Below the pieces are notes generated by a model that worked only from the letters and a program-made list of their open reading frames with translations, had not been told where the DNA came from and did not search any database. Positions 24,575-36,647 of a stretch of 64,000 bases of DNA are shown here, piece by piece. Every line of letters begins with the position of its first letter. Position 1 is the stretch's first letter. The DNA comes from Oculina patagonica. Lineage: Eukaryota. Both the position numbers and the translations under genes were made by a program. Location: NCBI RefSeq assembly GCF_052425735.1, contig NC_135761.1, positions 59,644,001-59,708,000 of the forward strand, read 5' to 3'.

Positions 24575-25921
24575 ATGGAAAGTAAGAAAAAGCCCTACAA
24601 CTGCTCTCAATGTGGTAAGTCTTTTAGCAAGTCAGCCAAATTGCAAAAACACCTGAGAAAACACATCAAAGAAAAACCGTACAGATGTAGACAATGTGAC
24701 AAGCATTTTAAAAAATCATCAGATTGGCTAAGTCACCTGAAGATTCACAATGGCGGGAAGTCGGCTAAATCCATTCAGTGCAACACTGGAGAAAAGCCAC
24801 ACAAATGTAGCCAGTGTGACAAACGTTTTGGACGCTCATCTCATTTGCAAGTGCACCTTAAAACACACACGGGAGAGAATCCTTACAGATGTACACGATG
24901 CAACAAGCATTTTAGCTATGTGTCAACATTGCAAAGGCACTTGCTAGAGGTTCACAGCAGAGGGAAGTATGGCAACCGTACAAGTGGAGAGAAGCCTCAC
25001 AAATGTATCCAATGTGACAAACGTTTTAAACGCTCCTCACATTTGCAAGTGCACCTTAAAACACATAAAGGAGGGAAGCCTTTCAAATGCACACAATGCG
25101 ACAATCATTTTGGGTATGTATCAACATTGCAAAGGCACCTGCTGAAGGCTCACGGTGGAGGAAAGCGTGGCACCTGTACAAGTGGAGAGAAGCCTTCCAA
25201 ATGTACCCAATGTGGCAAATGTTTTATAGGCTCATCGGAATTGCAAGTACACCTTGAAACACACAGAGGAGGAAAGCCTTACAAATGTACCCAATGTGGC
25301 AAATGTTTTATAGGCTCATCGGAATTGCAAGTACACCTTGAAACACACAGAGGAGGAAAGCCTTACAAATGCACAGGCGACAATAATTATGGGTATGTGT
25401 CAACTTTTCAAAAACACCTCTTAAAGGTTCACAACAAGTGCTCCAACTGCACAAGTGAAGACAAGCCTTACAAATGTACACAATGTGACAAGTGTTTTAG
25501 CCAGTCATCACACCTGCAGACACACCTGAAAATACACAGTGAAGATAAGCGGTTTAAATGTACAAAATGTGATAAACGGTTTAAGCAGCAATTAACTTTG
25601 CAAAGACACCTTAAGGTGCACCATAAAAAGGAATCCAACAAATATTCGAAATGTGAAAAGTCCTTTTCTCAAGAAACAGTCCAACTCAACAATGATAACG
25701 CAAGCCACCAAAAGACACCCCAGAAGTGTTCCCACTGTGGGAGATGTTTGCAAACTGAAAGCAGCTTATTGAGACACAAATGTTGGAGAATGAAGGACAA
25801 GTTCACCTGTTGGGTGTGCCATGAGTTTTGTGGTGATGAATGTGGACTACTTTACCACATGTATAAGCATTTGGAAACTGGAAGGGAAATGGCCTGGAAA
25901 TGTGCTGAAGCGATGCTGTAG
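24575..25921 (+). CDS. Multi-finger C2H2 (Kruppel-type) zinc-finger protein, ~448 aa
   Basis: About a dozen CxxC-x12-HxxxH fingers with TGEKPY-like linkers; first ATG at 24575 after acceptor at 24546. Confidence 0.93.
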   Translation: MESKKKPYNCSQCGKSFSKSAKLQKHLRKHIKEKPYRCRQCDKHFKKSSDWLSHLKIHNGGKSAKSIQCNTGEKPHKCSQCDKRFGRSSHLQVHLKTHTGENPYRCTRCNKHFSYVSTLQRHLLEVHSRGKYGNRTSGEKPHKCIQCDKRFKRSSHLQVHLKTHKGGKPFKCTQCDNHFGYVSTLQRHLLKAHGGGKRGTCTSGEKPSKCTQCGKCFIGSSELQVHLETHRGGKPYKCTQCGKCFIGSSELQVHLETHRGGKPYKCTGDNNYGYVSTFQKHLLKVHNKCSNCTSEDKPYKCTQCDKCFSQSSHLQTHLKIHSEDKRFKCTKCDKRFKQQLTLQRHLKVHHKKESNKYSKCEKSFSQETVQLNNDNASHQKTPQKCSHCGRCLQTESSLLRHKCWRMKDKFTCWVCHEFCGDECGLLYHMYKHLETGREMAWKCAEAML

Positions 25922-25984
25922 GCAACAGGGATAATTAAATTGTCAACCATAGGAATAGGAAGTGAAAGTTTACATGTGACAATA

Positions 25985-26155
25985 ATGCATTTTCGTATTC
26001 TCGGTATTGGACTGGAACTAGCTTGCAATAGAGGCTAATGCAGGGCAAGATCATAAAAAAGAGCGTCATGTCATTTGCATTTGAAAAGATTACCCGCATT
26101 AGCCTTCATTGCAAGCTAGTTCCAGTGCAATACCGAAAATACGAATATGATCTAT
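25985..26155. mobile_element. Palindromic MITE in ZNF 3' UTR region
   Basis: CGGTATTGGACTGGAACTAGCTTGCAAT..GGCTAATGC mirrored by GCATTAGCC..ATTGCAAGCTAGTTCCAGTGCAATACCG. Confidence 0.75.
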
Positions 26156-28261
26156 TTCTGGATTAATTGCATGCCTTGTCAACGAAAGGTTATCTTATTG
26201 TAGGAAAGTAACGCTTAATGTACTGGTGAGGTAGGGGATCCTGCCTGTCACCCACTACCTGTATAGGCGTGCTAGACGAGTCCTGCTTGATACTTGCTAC
26301 CAATTTAAATGGAAGGGTAATCTTGACTGCTACTAGCCACGTGTATACATATAATTGGGTTAGTTGCTTTATAGCATATCGATTGAGTAACACAAATTAC
26401 GAAAAAAAACGCTCAAAATGTAAATATTATAAGCGGTTCAAGCAGAGGGCCGGTAATATTAAGATATCGCGTGTTATCATTAGTATCTGATTTTAGCAAA
26501 TTAATGTAAATTTACAAATTTACAGTCAACGTTGGTAGTCAAAGTTATATCCGTACTTGTGGTATGTATTGAAATGAAGATGTTGTCGTTTAGCTTTATT
26601 TAGATAAAACGTTATTCGAGAATAAAAAGTCAAACGTTACTGAGGAACTTCGTTTTGTTCCCCAAACAAAATTGCCTGCGAAGTAGCTAGGCTTTAAAGT
26701 ATTCATTTATTTTCCGCCGGTAGAATGTCGACCAGAATAAGCCGGGTTCAGCCGTTTACGAGCATGTAGATATAGACTAGAAGCAGAAAAAGTCAAAAAC
26801 CCAAAGTGATAAAAACTAAATAAATTTATTCAAACATTGACTTGAATGTGAAAGCGTACTAGCGCCTGTGCAATCTGCACGTTACACAAGACAATGCAAT
26901 CTGTCTTGAAGCAGAGTAGGCCAATTAACGAGCAAAGTGCATCCAAGAAAGGACGAGCCCAGAGTGATCGTATGAAAAAGCAGGACGCGCCCGTTTCCAG
27001 CACTTTGAATAATAATGCTAAGAAGAGGATGAACCAAAGTAAAACAATTAAGTAACGGTCTTCTTTCGATATTTGTTCATTTCATTTCATGGTGCAGATC
27101 CTGAAAATTCAGGTCGTTAATAAATCAAATCTTGTAAGGCGTAATAAATCATCTAATGATAATACTACTACGTGAGTGGTATATTCAAAGTAGTTATTTC
27201 AGTTCCCGCGTCTGACCAAGACTACAATATTGTTTGCGTCGAAGTGAAAGTGAATTTAGAGCCGAAGGACAAAAAACTGTCAATAGCTACACGGATGGAG
27301 AGAAAGAGATTGCGCTTTCCAGATATAATTCACTGTCGGTGGTGGTCGAGTATACGAAAAATTGCCGCTTCGTCTCCGGTGTTCATTGCGCTCGTTCGAA
27401 AGCTTTGCCCTGCCCTTCTACTGAATATGCTTAGCCTATTTTTTTTTTTGAAAATTATTTATACTTTCTAAACGAAGTTGTGTCGGTTGTCAGATCTACC
27501 CGTTAATTTAATTTTTTATGCTTTAAAATAAGATGTGAGCTCGTCTTAGCTTGTTCTAGTTTGTTAACCGGCCGATGCAATCAAGGGAATATTTATTCAC
27601 TAAAAAATAGAAAGATTAAAAGCATCCGTTACAAATAAATTTCATGATTTTGGCATTTCAAATGACAATAAACGTTTATACTTCTGTTTCTCCCCAGTCT
27701 CCTCTTCCTTTTTTCCTTCTCCCTTTTCGTCCCTCCTCCTCCCCATTTGATGTCTGCCACGCAGACTAACATGTAAACTTAAAGAAACACTAAATACTAA
27801 CTTCTTTCTAACGAGCTGACTAACTTTATGAACGAGAGGGCCGAACTGGGGGTTATTGGCCCGAGCTCGTGGCGGTACGGACCGAGTCACCGAGAGCGCA
27901 GCGAGGTCTGTACGAAAAACACTCAACATTCTCCAATACATTCCCAAGCAAGTGAGGTTTATAAGTAGAATTGATATATGGCATTTGGGTGATAACGATA
28001 AAAATATCTGAGCTGACAAGTCTGCAAGCTAAAACGTTGCTCGTGGGTTGGTACGTGACAAATACTAACACCTGCAAAGCACAATTTTATTCTGAACTAT
28101 TAACGTTGAATCGAACGCCACCACTTACCATGACTTACACCATCTTTTAGTGTATACTATTAACAGAATTCAGTTGTTATTTTTCTCTTGTTTTATTCAA
28201 ACTTGGAAATTATTTCAAGACGACATCAAAGCCTTTTTTGGGTTTTTTGTTGTTCCTTTAA

Positions 28262-30210
28262 GGTGGCTCAACTGGATTTTCAAGGGGTAACACCGCTCAA
28301 GTTTGAGAATTAACTACGTCACCATTAACAATGCTATCGAAAACGATCACCACAGTTGTATTAGATAAAGATGAAATTTTTTTATGACCAGTGTTATATT
28401 GACATCGGAGTTGCCATAGCGACGAAATGACGTCATTACGTTTTTTACTTTCGCTGGTATTCCTCGGCACCAGGAGATTTTTTCGAAAATCGCTCAAAGG
28501 AGCTTGTACCACACATAGCTGCCTCAATGTTGCCAAAGTTTGAACAAATTCTATGAGAGCGTTTTCGAAATATTTGGAGATGAAATTTTTGGGGCTATAA
28601 ATACAGTCAAAAACATACTAACGAGAAAATGGGGTAATATGTAAAGAAAACGATGCGCCTGTGAATTGCAATTTCATCTTATAGTAGTTTGATTCCATTT
28701 AAAATCGTGTGTAAAACAGTGGTGGGGATTGCTTTGGTCGATTGCGAGAAAAGAGAATTTGATGAGCGTGCGTTCAGGTGCTCTTGTTGCCATTTTTGTT
28801 TTTAATTTGGTCTATGCCTGCAAAAGTGATAATAAATTAAAACCGCTCGATGATTTTTTTTTTAAATTTGACAAACTCGAGGATTGTCATCAATTGATAT
28901 AGCTTGCAAGTTTCAAGCTCATTGAAAACGTTTAAGGCAGTAAAATTGGGCCTCCAATGTACTGTTTTTTTTTTCTTGCAGATTTTGTGTTTACAAGCGA
29001 GTGTCCTCATTATTCACGGGTATTGTTTTAAAGTTTCATATCCACGTGCACGACTTCAGCAAAAAATTCATTTGCATTAAATAGGATGCTCGACTGCTTT
29101 CCGAACAATTTTCCGAAACATGGTTATATTGCTTAAAAAATTGTAACAGCATTTGTCGAGCTCTTGATGTCAAGGGCCTCTGTCCAGAAAACGAAAGCTA
29201 TTATTCTGCATATATTGTCATTGCTATTCTCAACCCAAGGCAGATTAGCATGCTTCGGAAAAATTGTTGGAAAGGGCCTCTGTCCAGAAAACGAAAGCTA
29301 TTATTCTGCATATATTGTCATTGCTATTCTCAACCCAAGGCAGATTAGCATGCTTCGGAAAAATTGTTGGAAAGCAATCGACCGTCCTGTTTAATGCAAA
29401 TAATTTTTTTTACGGGAGTGGTGCACGTAGATATGACACTTGAAAACAATACCCGTGAATAATGAGGACACTCGCTTGTGAACACGAAATCTGCGCGAAA
29501 AAATCAGTTTATTGGAGGCCCAATTTTATTGTCTTAAATGTTTTCAATGAGCTTGAAACTTGCAAGCTATATCAATTGATGACAATCCTCGAGTTTAACA
29601 ATTAAAAAAAAAAAATTCATCGAGCGGTTTTTAATTTATTATCACTTTTGCAGGCATAGACCAAATTATATACAAAAATGGCAACAAGAGCACCGAAGAG
29701 AAACGTTCATCAAATTCTTTTTTCTCGCAATCGACCAAAGCAATCCCCACCACTGTTTTACAGCGATTTTAAATGGAATCAAACTACTATAAGATGAAAT
29801 TGCAATTCACAGGCGCATCGTTTTCTTTAGATATTACCCCATTATCTCGTTAATATGTTTTTGACTGTGTTTATAGCCCCGAAAACTTCATCCCCAAATA
29901 TTTCGAAAACGCTCTCATAGAATTTGTTCAAACTTTGGCAACATTGAGGCGGCTATGTGTGGTACAAGCTCCCTTGAACGATTTTCGAAAAAATCTCCTG
30001 GTGCCGAGGAATACCAGCGAAAGTAAAAAACGTAATGACGTCATTTCGTCGCTATAGCAACTCCGATGTCAATATAACACTGTTCATAAAAAAACTTCAT
30101 CTTTATCTTATACAACTGTGGTGATCGTTTTTCGATAGCATTGTTAATGGCGACGTAGTTAATTCTCAAACTTAAGCGGTGTTACCCCTAAAAAATCCAG
30201 TTGAGCCACC
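28262..30210. mobile_element. Foldback non-autonomous Kolobok-type DNA transposon (~850-bp arms)
   Basis: TTAA|GGTGGCTCAACTGG ... CCAGTTGAGCCACC|TTAA. A TTAA TSD with RR..YY termini fits Kolobok rather than piggyBac (CC..GG). 100-bp tandem duplication in the centre. Confidence 0.85.
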
Positions 30211-32616
30211 TTAATATAACATGTCGAGGTAGCTAGAGACAGAAAAATAAGGTTATTGTGACTTTAACTGTCAAAATCATGCAAATAGCCCTTATGCAAG
30301 TTTACGTCAGACTGGCTAGTTTCACCACCAAGCCTTGCTTTCCAAGTGCATTGCGAATGTTATCATGAACAAATTCCCAAAGCAGCAAAGATGAAAAGAA
30401 TGGCTTCGTGAAAACTGCATGAAGGGTTGCAAATGGTTGAGAATAACTCGCGTATACGAGGCATGGTGGCGAATTTTGAGCTTATGACGTTATCATGCAC
30501 AAGACCTATTGTTCGAAAACAGGTGTTTATCCTATTCTATATTTATTTAATAAATTAACATTCCCTTTAGTTTGGCTGTTGACTGCGTCGCTAACAAGCT
30601 AGAACAAGCTAAGACGAGCTTTGGATCAACTTACGATCTTTGACTTAAGGTACAGTAGATTTTCGACCTATCTCAGATAACTCGAGTAATGGCTGCTTAG
30701 ACTCAGTCTCGCTATCTTGAACTGAAACTTTTTTTCCCAGTCGTGTGCTTAGCCCTTCTATAAAACGTATTTTCTCTGGGCTATCTCACTGAAACTTGCT
30801 TATACTAAATGAATTTGTCAATTATAATTTACAGTACACTTCGTTGATTAAGAATGAAAAAAAAAAAATTGCGGCTATAGCGAACAATCCGGCTTCATAA
30901 CAGGCCGAGCTCAAACCTTATTCTCTTTATTTCCTTCTGGACAATTTTCCGTTGCCCTCAACTGTCTCGATCTTAGGTTTACTTAGTTCTCGTTACTTGA
31001 ACTGGAAACCCGTTTCTCTTGGACGTTTTCGCTGTTTTACAGTAATGGGGTCATTAGACAATGTTATAAAAGGAGTAAGTCTCTTTTTTTTTATAGTGTT
31101 TTTAAAAGCTGTCTTTTCTGTGAACAAATTATTGCAAATTATTGTTATATCGCGTCGAAATAAGTAGAAAAAGAAAAACCTTATCCAAAAAGATCGAAAG
31201 AGATTTTTGTTATTTAAAAAACCCCCGTGTTTCAATAGTCGCCATTGAAATCCCAAATTAAAATATAGTTGTGAGTGTGATATCGATAAGCTATCGCCAC
31301 CCAAGCTTGCGAAATCAACTTGTCAAATTATCCCCACAGTTCATTATAAACAGTCTATCAAAGAACAACTGCCTCCCCCCTCTTTGACACTTCCGTTATA
31401 TGTTTAAAAAGGAGAAAGATAACAAGTGTCAATCTTTCGTAAAAAAATAAATTGAAACAGGAACTTGGTAAAACACAAACCGAAACCTGCTTGAGCAAAG
31501 ATAATTCGAATTTGCAAGTTGCTTAGAGCAAACTTTCCATCAATTTTATAGGGAAATTTACCACCGGGTCTTCCTGCGAGTACCGCAAACCGCAAATTTT
31601 ACGTTACGTTAGTCACAGTCGTCTATTTGCAGTTTACTACTATCAGTTTTTCTTTCAACTTCAAAATACCTGCTAGCGGTAAGTAAAACACGGCAGAGTT
31701 TCGAGGATATTTACACCTCTAACTACACGTTTACAGCTACAATCGAACCGAGTGTTCTTTTTGCGTGGAACTTTGCGATGTTGCTGCGTAATGTTCCAAT
31801 GTTGATTGACAGTTTGGTAGAAATAGCTTACGTACAACTTCAATTCAAATTTGCTCGAGCAAGTTGCCAAGTTCCGTTTGAGTTTTGAAAAATTCCGGTT
31901 TGATCTTTTTTCCGTTTTATGGAAATAATGCCACCTCGATCTGTGTAAAGAGGACAAAATAATTGCTTATTGGCGACTGTCTATCAACAGACTGCGAGAA
32001 AATAGCGACAGGTTGAGCTCAAATGAAGATTCAATATTCAATTTTGTTCTGCTAGTTGCAGCTTATGCTTTCAATATTAAACTCGCAGCCTTAACTCGGT
32101 ATCAGAAGGTTTGGAAAATGTGAAATATCGCAACTTTAAAGTGTTAGACACTATGAATCATGGATTGAAAAAAAAAATGGTGATCACCTAGCCACGGAAG
32201 GCTCGACTTGTCAAATTTACCCCGATAACTCGAATTCTGGTTCTTGCAGCTCGCCACGGATGCCCATTGAAATATCTCATTAGCTCTTCTTGTCGTGTTA
32301 TTGGATTTAAACACTAAAATTAACACACAGCAATTTGATTCTAATAAAAGCAACGAACAGAGCACGTATTTGACAGTCATTTCCACTCTTATCATAAAAT
32401 TGTATGATCGTGTTATAGTTTCTGACGAAATAAGTTTAATTTACACTGTTAGTGCTGAAAAACCAGTAATCTATTAATTATAACATGTAAAATTGAGTAT
32501 TCAATCGACCCCAAACAGAACTCAAAACCCCGCCAACTAAGTTTTTGTTTCCTTTCAGAGTCTGAGTTACCGGGGTTCTACTGTACAAACTGCTTGGACA
32601 AGACATTGTAATTTAA

Positions 32617-33690
32617 GGTGGCTCGTACCAGTTTTTCTTGCGTGGGAAGTCTGGTGACTAGCGCGCGCGTCACGCTTCATTTCCACGAGTCACGCGCGAG
32701 ATTTAAAAAGGAAAACAAACATGGCGGCCCAGCGCGAGGTTGCTTTTCTTCAATTTAAGAAAAAATTCCGCGTTCAACTGAAGTTGTTTCAACAAGAACA
32801 TTTTAAGTAAACTTAATGTTCGTCAGTCAAAATGTTTTCGGATCTCACTGCTCGAGTTACAAAAGCAAATTCGCATGTGCTACGATCGATCTTGTCGGAG
32901 ACGGAGATCGTGAGTCAATTCCACTTTTTTCGTTTCAGCTTATTTGAGTTCGCTGTCAAACACATGATTATTTAGACAAAGAAATACTTAAAAGTAAGAC
33001 CTAAGAGGCACAACTGGTGCCAACTGAAACTGGCTAAATCTCATGAAACTCCTAAGCCGAAAAGTTTCGCAGACAAAGCGAGGGGAAGTCCACGCGTGTT
33101 GCGCGCGTATGTGCCCGCAAAGTTAAGCGGTAGTCAGAACTGAGCATGAGTAAATGCCAAACTTTTAAAATCGAAATTTTGAAGTGCGCGGAAACGCGCA
33201 TGGGAATTATTGACTTCGCGAAAGCTTTCGCAAGAAAACTAACCCGATGACCCCTATTTTTTATTGCCCTAATATTTTCCTTTTATGTAAAGGAAACGTC
33301 AGAAAAAATTTTAAAAAATTCTACGAAAGGAATTTTTAATTATTTACAAATTGCCCTTTTTTGCATTTGCAAAAAATCCGCTTCGTAGAATTTTTTTAAA
33401 ACAATTATACAGTTTCTTCATCAGATGCCAAAAGTTATCACGAGAAAAAAAATGGGGGTCATCGAGTTAGTTTTCAAGATATAAGCACAGGAAGCTGAAA
33501 AAGGGTCCGAAAAATCATTGGTTATCGTTGCCATGGTAACCTCTGATGACATAATTATTGGTGTTTTGGATCAAAAACACAATGGGTAATGTAATCATAC
33601 AAAAATTTTGTTGCGATCTTTAATTGATTTTTTGGCCATTTTCTTCCAAACGTCGCACAGTTAAAAACCTGAAAACTGGTACGAGCCACC
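32617..33690. mobile_element. Non-autonomous Kolobok-type element
   Basis: TTAA|GGTGGCTCGTACCAGTTTT ... AAAACTGGTACGAGCCACC|TTAA. Confidence 0.85.
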
Positions 33691-33726
33691 TTAAAAGTGT
33701 TTGATTTTGCAGGTTTCAGTCTTTTA

Positions 33727-34827
33727 ATGGCAAGCTGCATGATGAACTCTACATTGACCAGAATTGATGTCTTCGCCCAGCAGCTAAAGGACCGAGGAAC
33801 GGCAATTCAAATTATCGAATCCTTTTTTATGCTCCTAATTAACTTCGCCTCCTTTGCTGGAAATCTACTTCTCGGAATTGCAGTGGTTAAGAACCCAAAT
33901 CTTCGCAGAACTGTTCCCAACATGTACATTATAACTCTGGCTGTTGCCGACTTTCTTCAATCTTTGCTGGGGATTCCATTTTCAGTGGCTGCTCTAATCG
34001 TTGGGAAATGGCCGTTTAACAACTTCACTTGCCAGCTTCAAGGATTCTGGATCCTTCTCATGTGCGCAGTGTCGTTACAAACTTTAGCCGTCACCGCTGT
34101 AAACAGATATTTTCGAGTGGTTCGTTCGCGCGCGCAGTATCAGAAACTCTTTAACATGAAGACAACAAAAGTAACAATCACATGTGTGTGGATCATGGCT
34201 TCCTTTGCGCCTCTTCCGTACATTGTTGCCGGGCACGAGTTTTTCTTTCACACGGGAAAGGCTTTTTGTGCGCACAATGTTGAAAGCTTGTTTCACGGTT
34301 ACGGAGCGTATCTGGTTCTTGTTTATGTGGCCATTCCACTAATTATCGTAATTATTTGTTACACAAGAGTGTACATCGCTGTGCGCAAACATAACCACAA
34401 TTTTCGACGTCGAATTCACGCCAGAACCCAATCAACTTCTTCTTCTTCAACTGAGAGCGGTTTATCTGTAGATGAGGTGAACATTACCTACATTCTCCTA
34501 GCTGTTGTAATAGGTTTCTTGACTTGCTGGACTCCTATTTTAGTGATTGATATGATCGACTTCATAAACGCAGACTGGAAGCTCAAACGACAAGTGTATG
34601 TGAGTTACACTTGTTTTGGATATGCCAGTACCTTCCTCAACCCCTTCATATACGGAGTCATGAATCGTTCCTTCCGCGCTGAGTACTTAAAAATCTTGGC
34701 GCCTTTGAAGATCTGGTCGTCCGCGCAGGGCGGTGTTCAAGATGAGATCGACGGTGGACGAAACCAGCAAAATGTGGCCAGAAAGGAAGCGGACGTGGCA
34801 CTTGAAATGGATGAGATAAAACATTAG
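33727..34827 (+). CDS. Class A (rhodopsin-like) GPCR, melatonin-receptor-like cnidarian type
   Basis: Seven hydrophobic segments; GN (TM1), LAVAD (TM2), NRY (TM3), CWTP (TM6), NPFIY (TM7). Acceptor at 33712 precedes ATG 33727. Confidence 0.92.
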   Translation: MASCMMNSTLTRIDVFAQQLKDRGTAIQIIESFFMLLINFASFAGNLLLGIAVVKNPNLRRTVPNMYIITLAVADFLQSLLGIPFSVAALIVGKWPFNNFTCQLQGFWILLMCAVSLQTLAVTAVNRYFRVVRSRAQYQKLFNMKTTKVTITCVWIMASFAPLPYIVAGHEFFFHTGKAFCAHNVESLFHGYGAYLVLVYVAIPLIIVIICYTRVYIAVRKHNHNFRRRIHARTQSTSSSSTESGLSVDEVNITYILLAVVIGFLTCWTPILVIDMIDFINADWKLKRQVYVSYTCFGYASTFLNPFIYGVMNRSFRAEYLKILAPLKIWSSAQGGVQDEIDGGRNQQNVARKEADVALEMDEIKH

Positions 34828-35912
34828 AGAGCAATATACAGCGACGATTTTTGGGAAGGCCGCGATTAAACTAAACTAAACAAACAAACAGAAAAAAAGT
34901 TCCTTGCAGATAGCAAATAAAAAGCTTATCTGTAGTGTCAGCATGTGATGTAAATGAAATATTAACAATTGTATACATTTATACATGAATGTATTTATAT
35001 GTGAAAGAATGTACATATAGCTATTCCGATTATAATGCTATTAGAATTACAATCGTCAAGCTTAGGCCTGGTTCAAAGTATATTTCATTGGATTACTGAT
35101 TAGTGGAAAACCCAAGACCCCGGGGTCTAAGGAAATTACGGGGTCCCGGGTGGGGAAAACACGGGATCCCGCTTTTTTACGCCAAAAAAGGAATTAATTG
35201 AACATTTGTTGTTGTTCTTGTTTTTTTTTTTTTCGAAAAAGGAATAGACAAAAATAGTACTTGGGTCTGGCCTGTATATATTTAAGATTAAAAAAACAAA
35301 CGCTCATCACTACGTGCAAAGGAAAGGAATCATCCTATTGTCTTGAACTGTCATTAAATTATGCATTAAATTTCTTTACAAATGTTATAATAAAGTCATT
35401 TCGATTTTTGCACTGAACTTTTTCGTTAAATCAAGTTAATGTAACAAAAATAAGCAAAAGCTTTGTAAACTGACAGTAGTTGCTTTAACAACTACTGTTT
35501 CAATTAAAGCTGTAGGGACCATATTTTTAATTGAAACAGAAACAGCAACTAATAAAGTGTTCAATAACCCAGGGTATACGGGCTTCTAGGTCTCGGTCGG
35601 CTTGAACATGTGCTTGATGGGGCTAGCGACCAGTCATTTACCGATGAGCCCGTAGGCTCTGGTAACAAGAATTCCTGATGACCCATAAGCTTAGCTGGAC
35701 TTCGGACCAACTAAGCTGTAAGGTGTAGGGAAACTGGTGACCAGACAGAATGCGAGCTAGGGCCTTACCTGCGGGGACTAGTGCCCCATCCACAGGAAGT
35801 AGTATTTTTACTCCTAGTTGCTCTCTGCTACAGAAACTAGGATACGCTTCAGCAGTTTAATCTAGCTTGGCTTACGACGAATGCTTGGTCCTGAATGAAG
35901 CAGAGTTACACG

Positions 35913-36360
35913 CCCGGGGGGGGGGGGGGGAGGGTACTCCCATATATGGGCTATATAGGTATGTGCCGCCCGATAGGGTATGGTTTTTGAGGTTCTCGGT
36001 CCTTAAATAGGGTATCATTTTTGGTCCTTTTGGCATTTTGTTCCTCGTGTGATCCTTAGATAGGGTACCAATATTCTATCAGCTTTAATAAACGCCCAGA
36101 TGAACGAAAAAAAGGTATCTTAAAACTGAACTACCCGTTCAAGTATTAGTAAAGTGATTTTATAAAGATTTGTGTTTGGTCGTGCGCGGTTAGCCGTTAT
36201 TTGGGTCGTCATGGAACGCTTCTCCTTCCCTTGAATAGGGTGTCATTTTTCGGTTTGGGGCCTTAAAAAGGGTATCAATTTTCGCTTTCTTTATCCATAA
36301 ATAGGGTAAGGGTTTAAGAACCTTGGCGGCACACTCCAATCCGAAATTTATGGGACAATT
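35913..36360. mobile_element. Non-autonomous element with CCCGGG-poly-G left end, truncated
   Basis: CCCGGGG..GGGTACTCCCATATATGGGCTATATAGGTATGTGCCGC; internal TAAATAGGGTATCA repeats; similar to 23385. Confidence 0.55.
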
Positions 36361-36372
36361 TATGAGAAAATT

Positions 36373-36647
36373 TATGAGAAAAGCCAACGTAGATTTAATA
36401 GTCGCTGCGTTTTTCTCCTTTTAATAATTCAGCTTCAAACTTTTATAAATCCCCTGTCGTTTCCTCGCGGAACTTGGAAAAAGAAATTACAACACCCGAA
36501 GTTCTGAGACAATGTATGAGAAAAGCCAACGTAGATTTAATAGTCGCTGCGTTTTTCTCCTTTTAATAATTCAGCTTCAAACTTTTATAAATCCCCTGTC
36601 GTTTCCTCGCGGAACTTGGAAAAAGAAATTACGACACCCGAAGTTCT
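36373..36647. repeat. 142-bp-period tandem duplication overlapping the GPCR stop codon
   Basis: Two near-identical copies of AAGCCAACGTAGATTTAATAGTCG...AAAGAAATTACRACACCCGAAGTTCT. Confidence 0.9.

Noticed and set aside
28262-30210. piggyBac assignment from TTAA TSD
   Set aside because: Termini are GG..CC rather than the CC..GG of piggyBac; Kolobok fits better.
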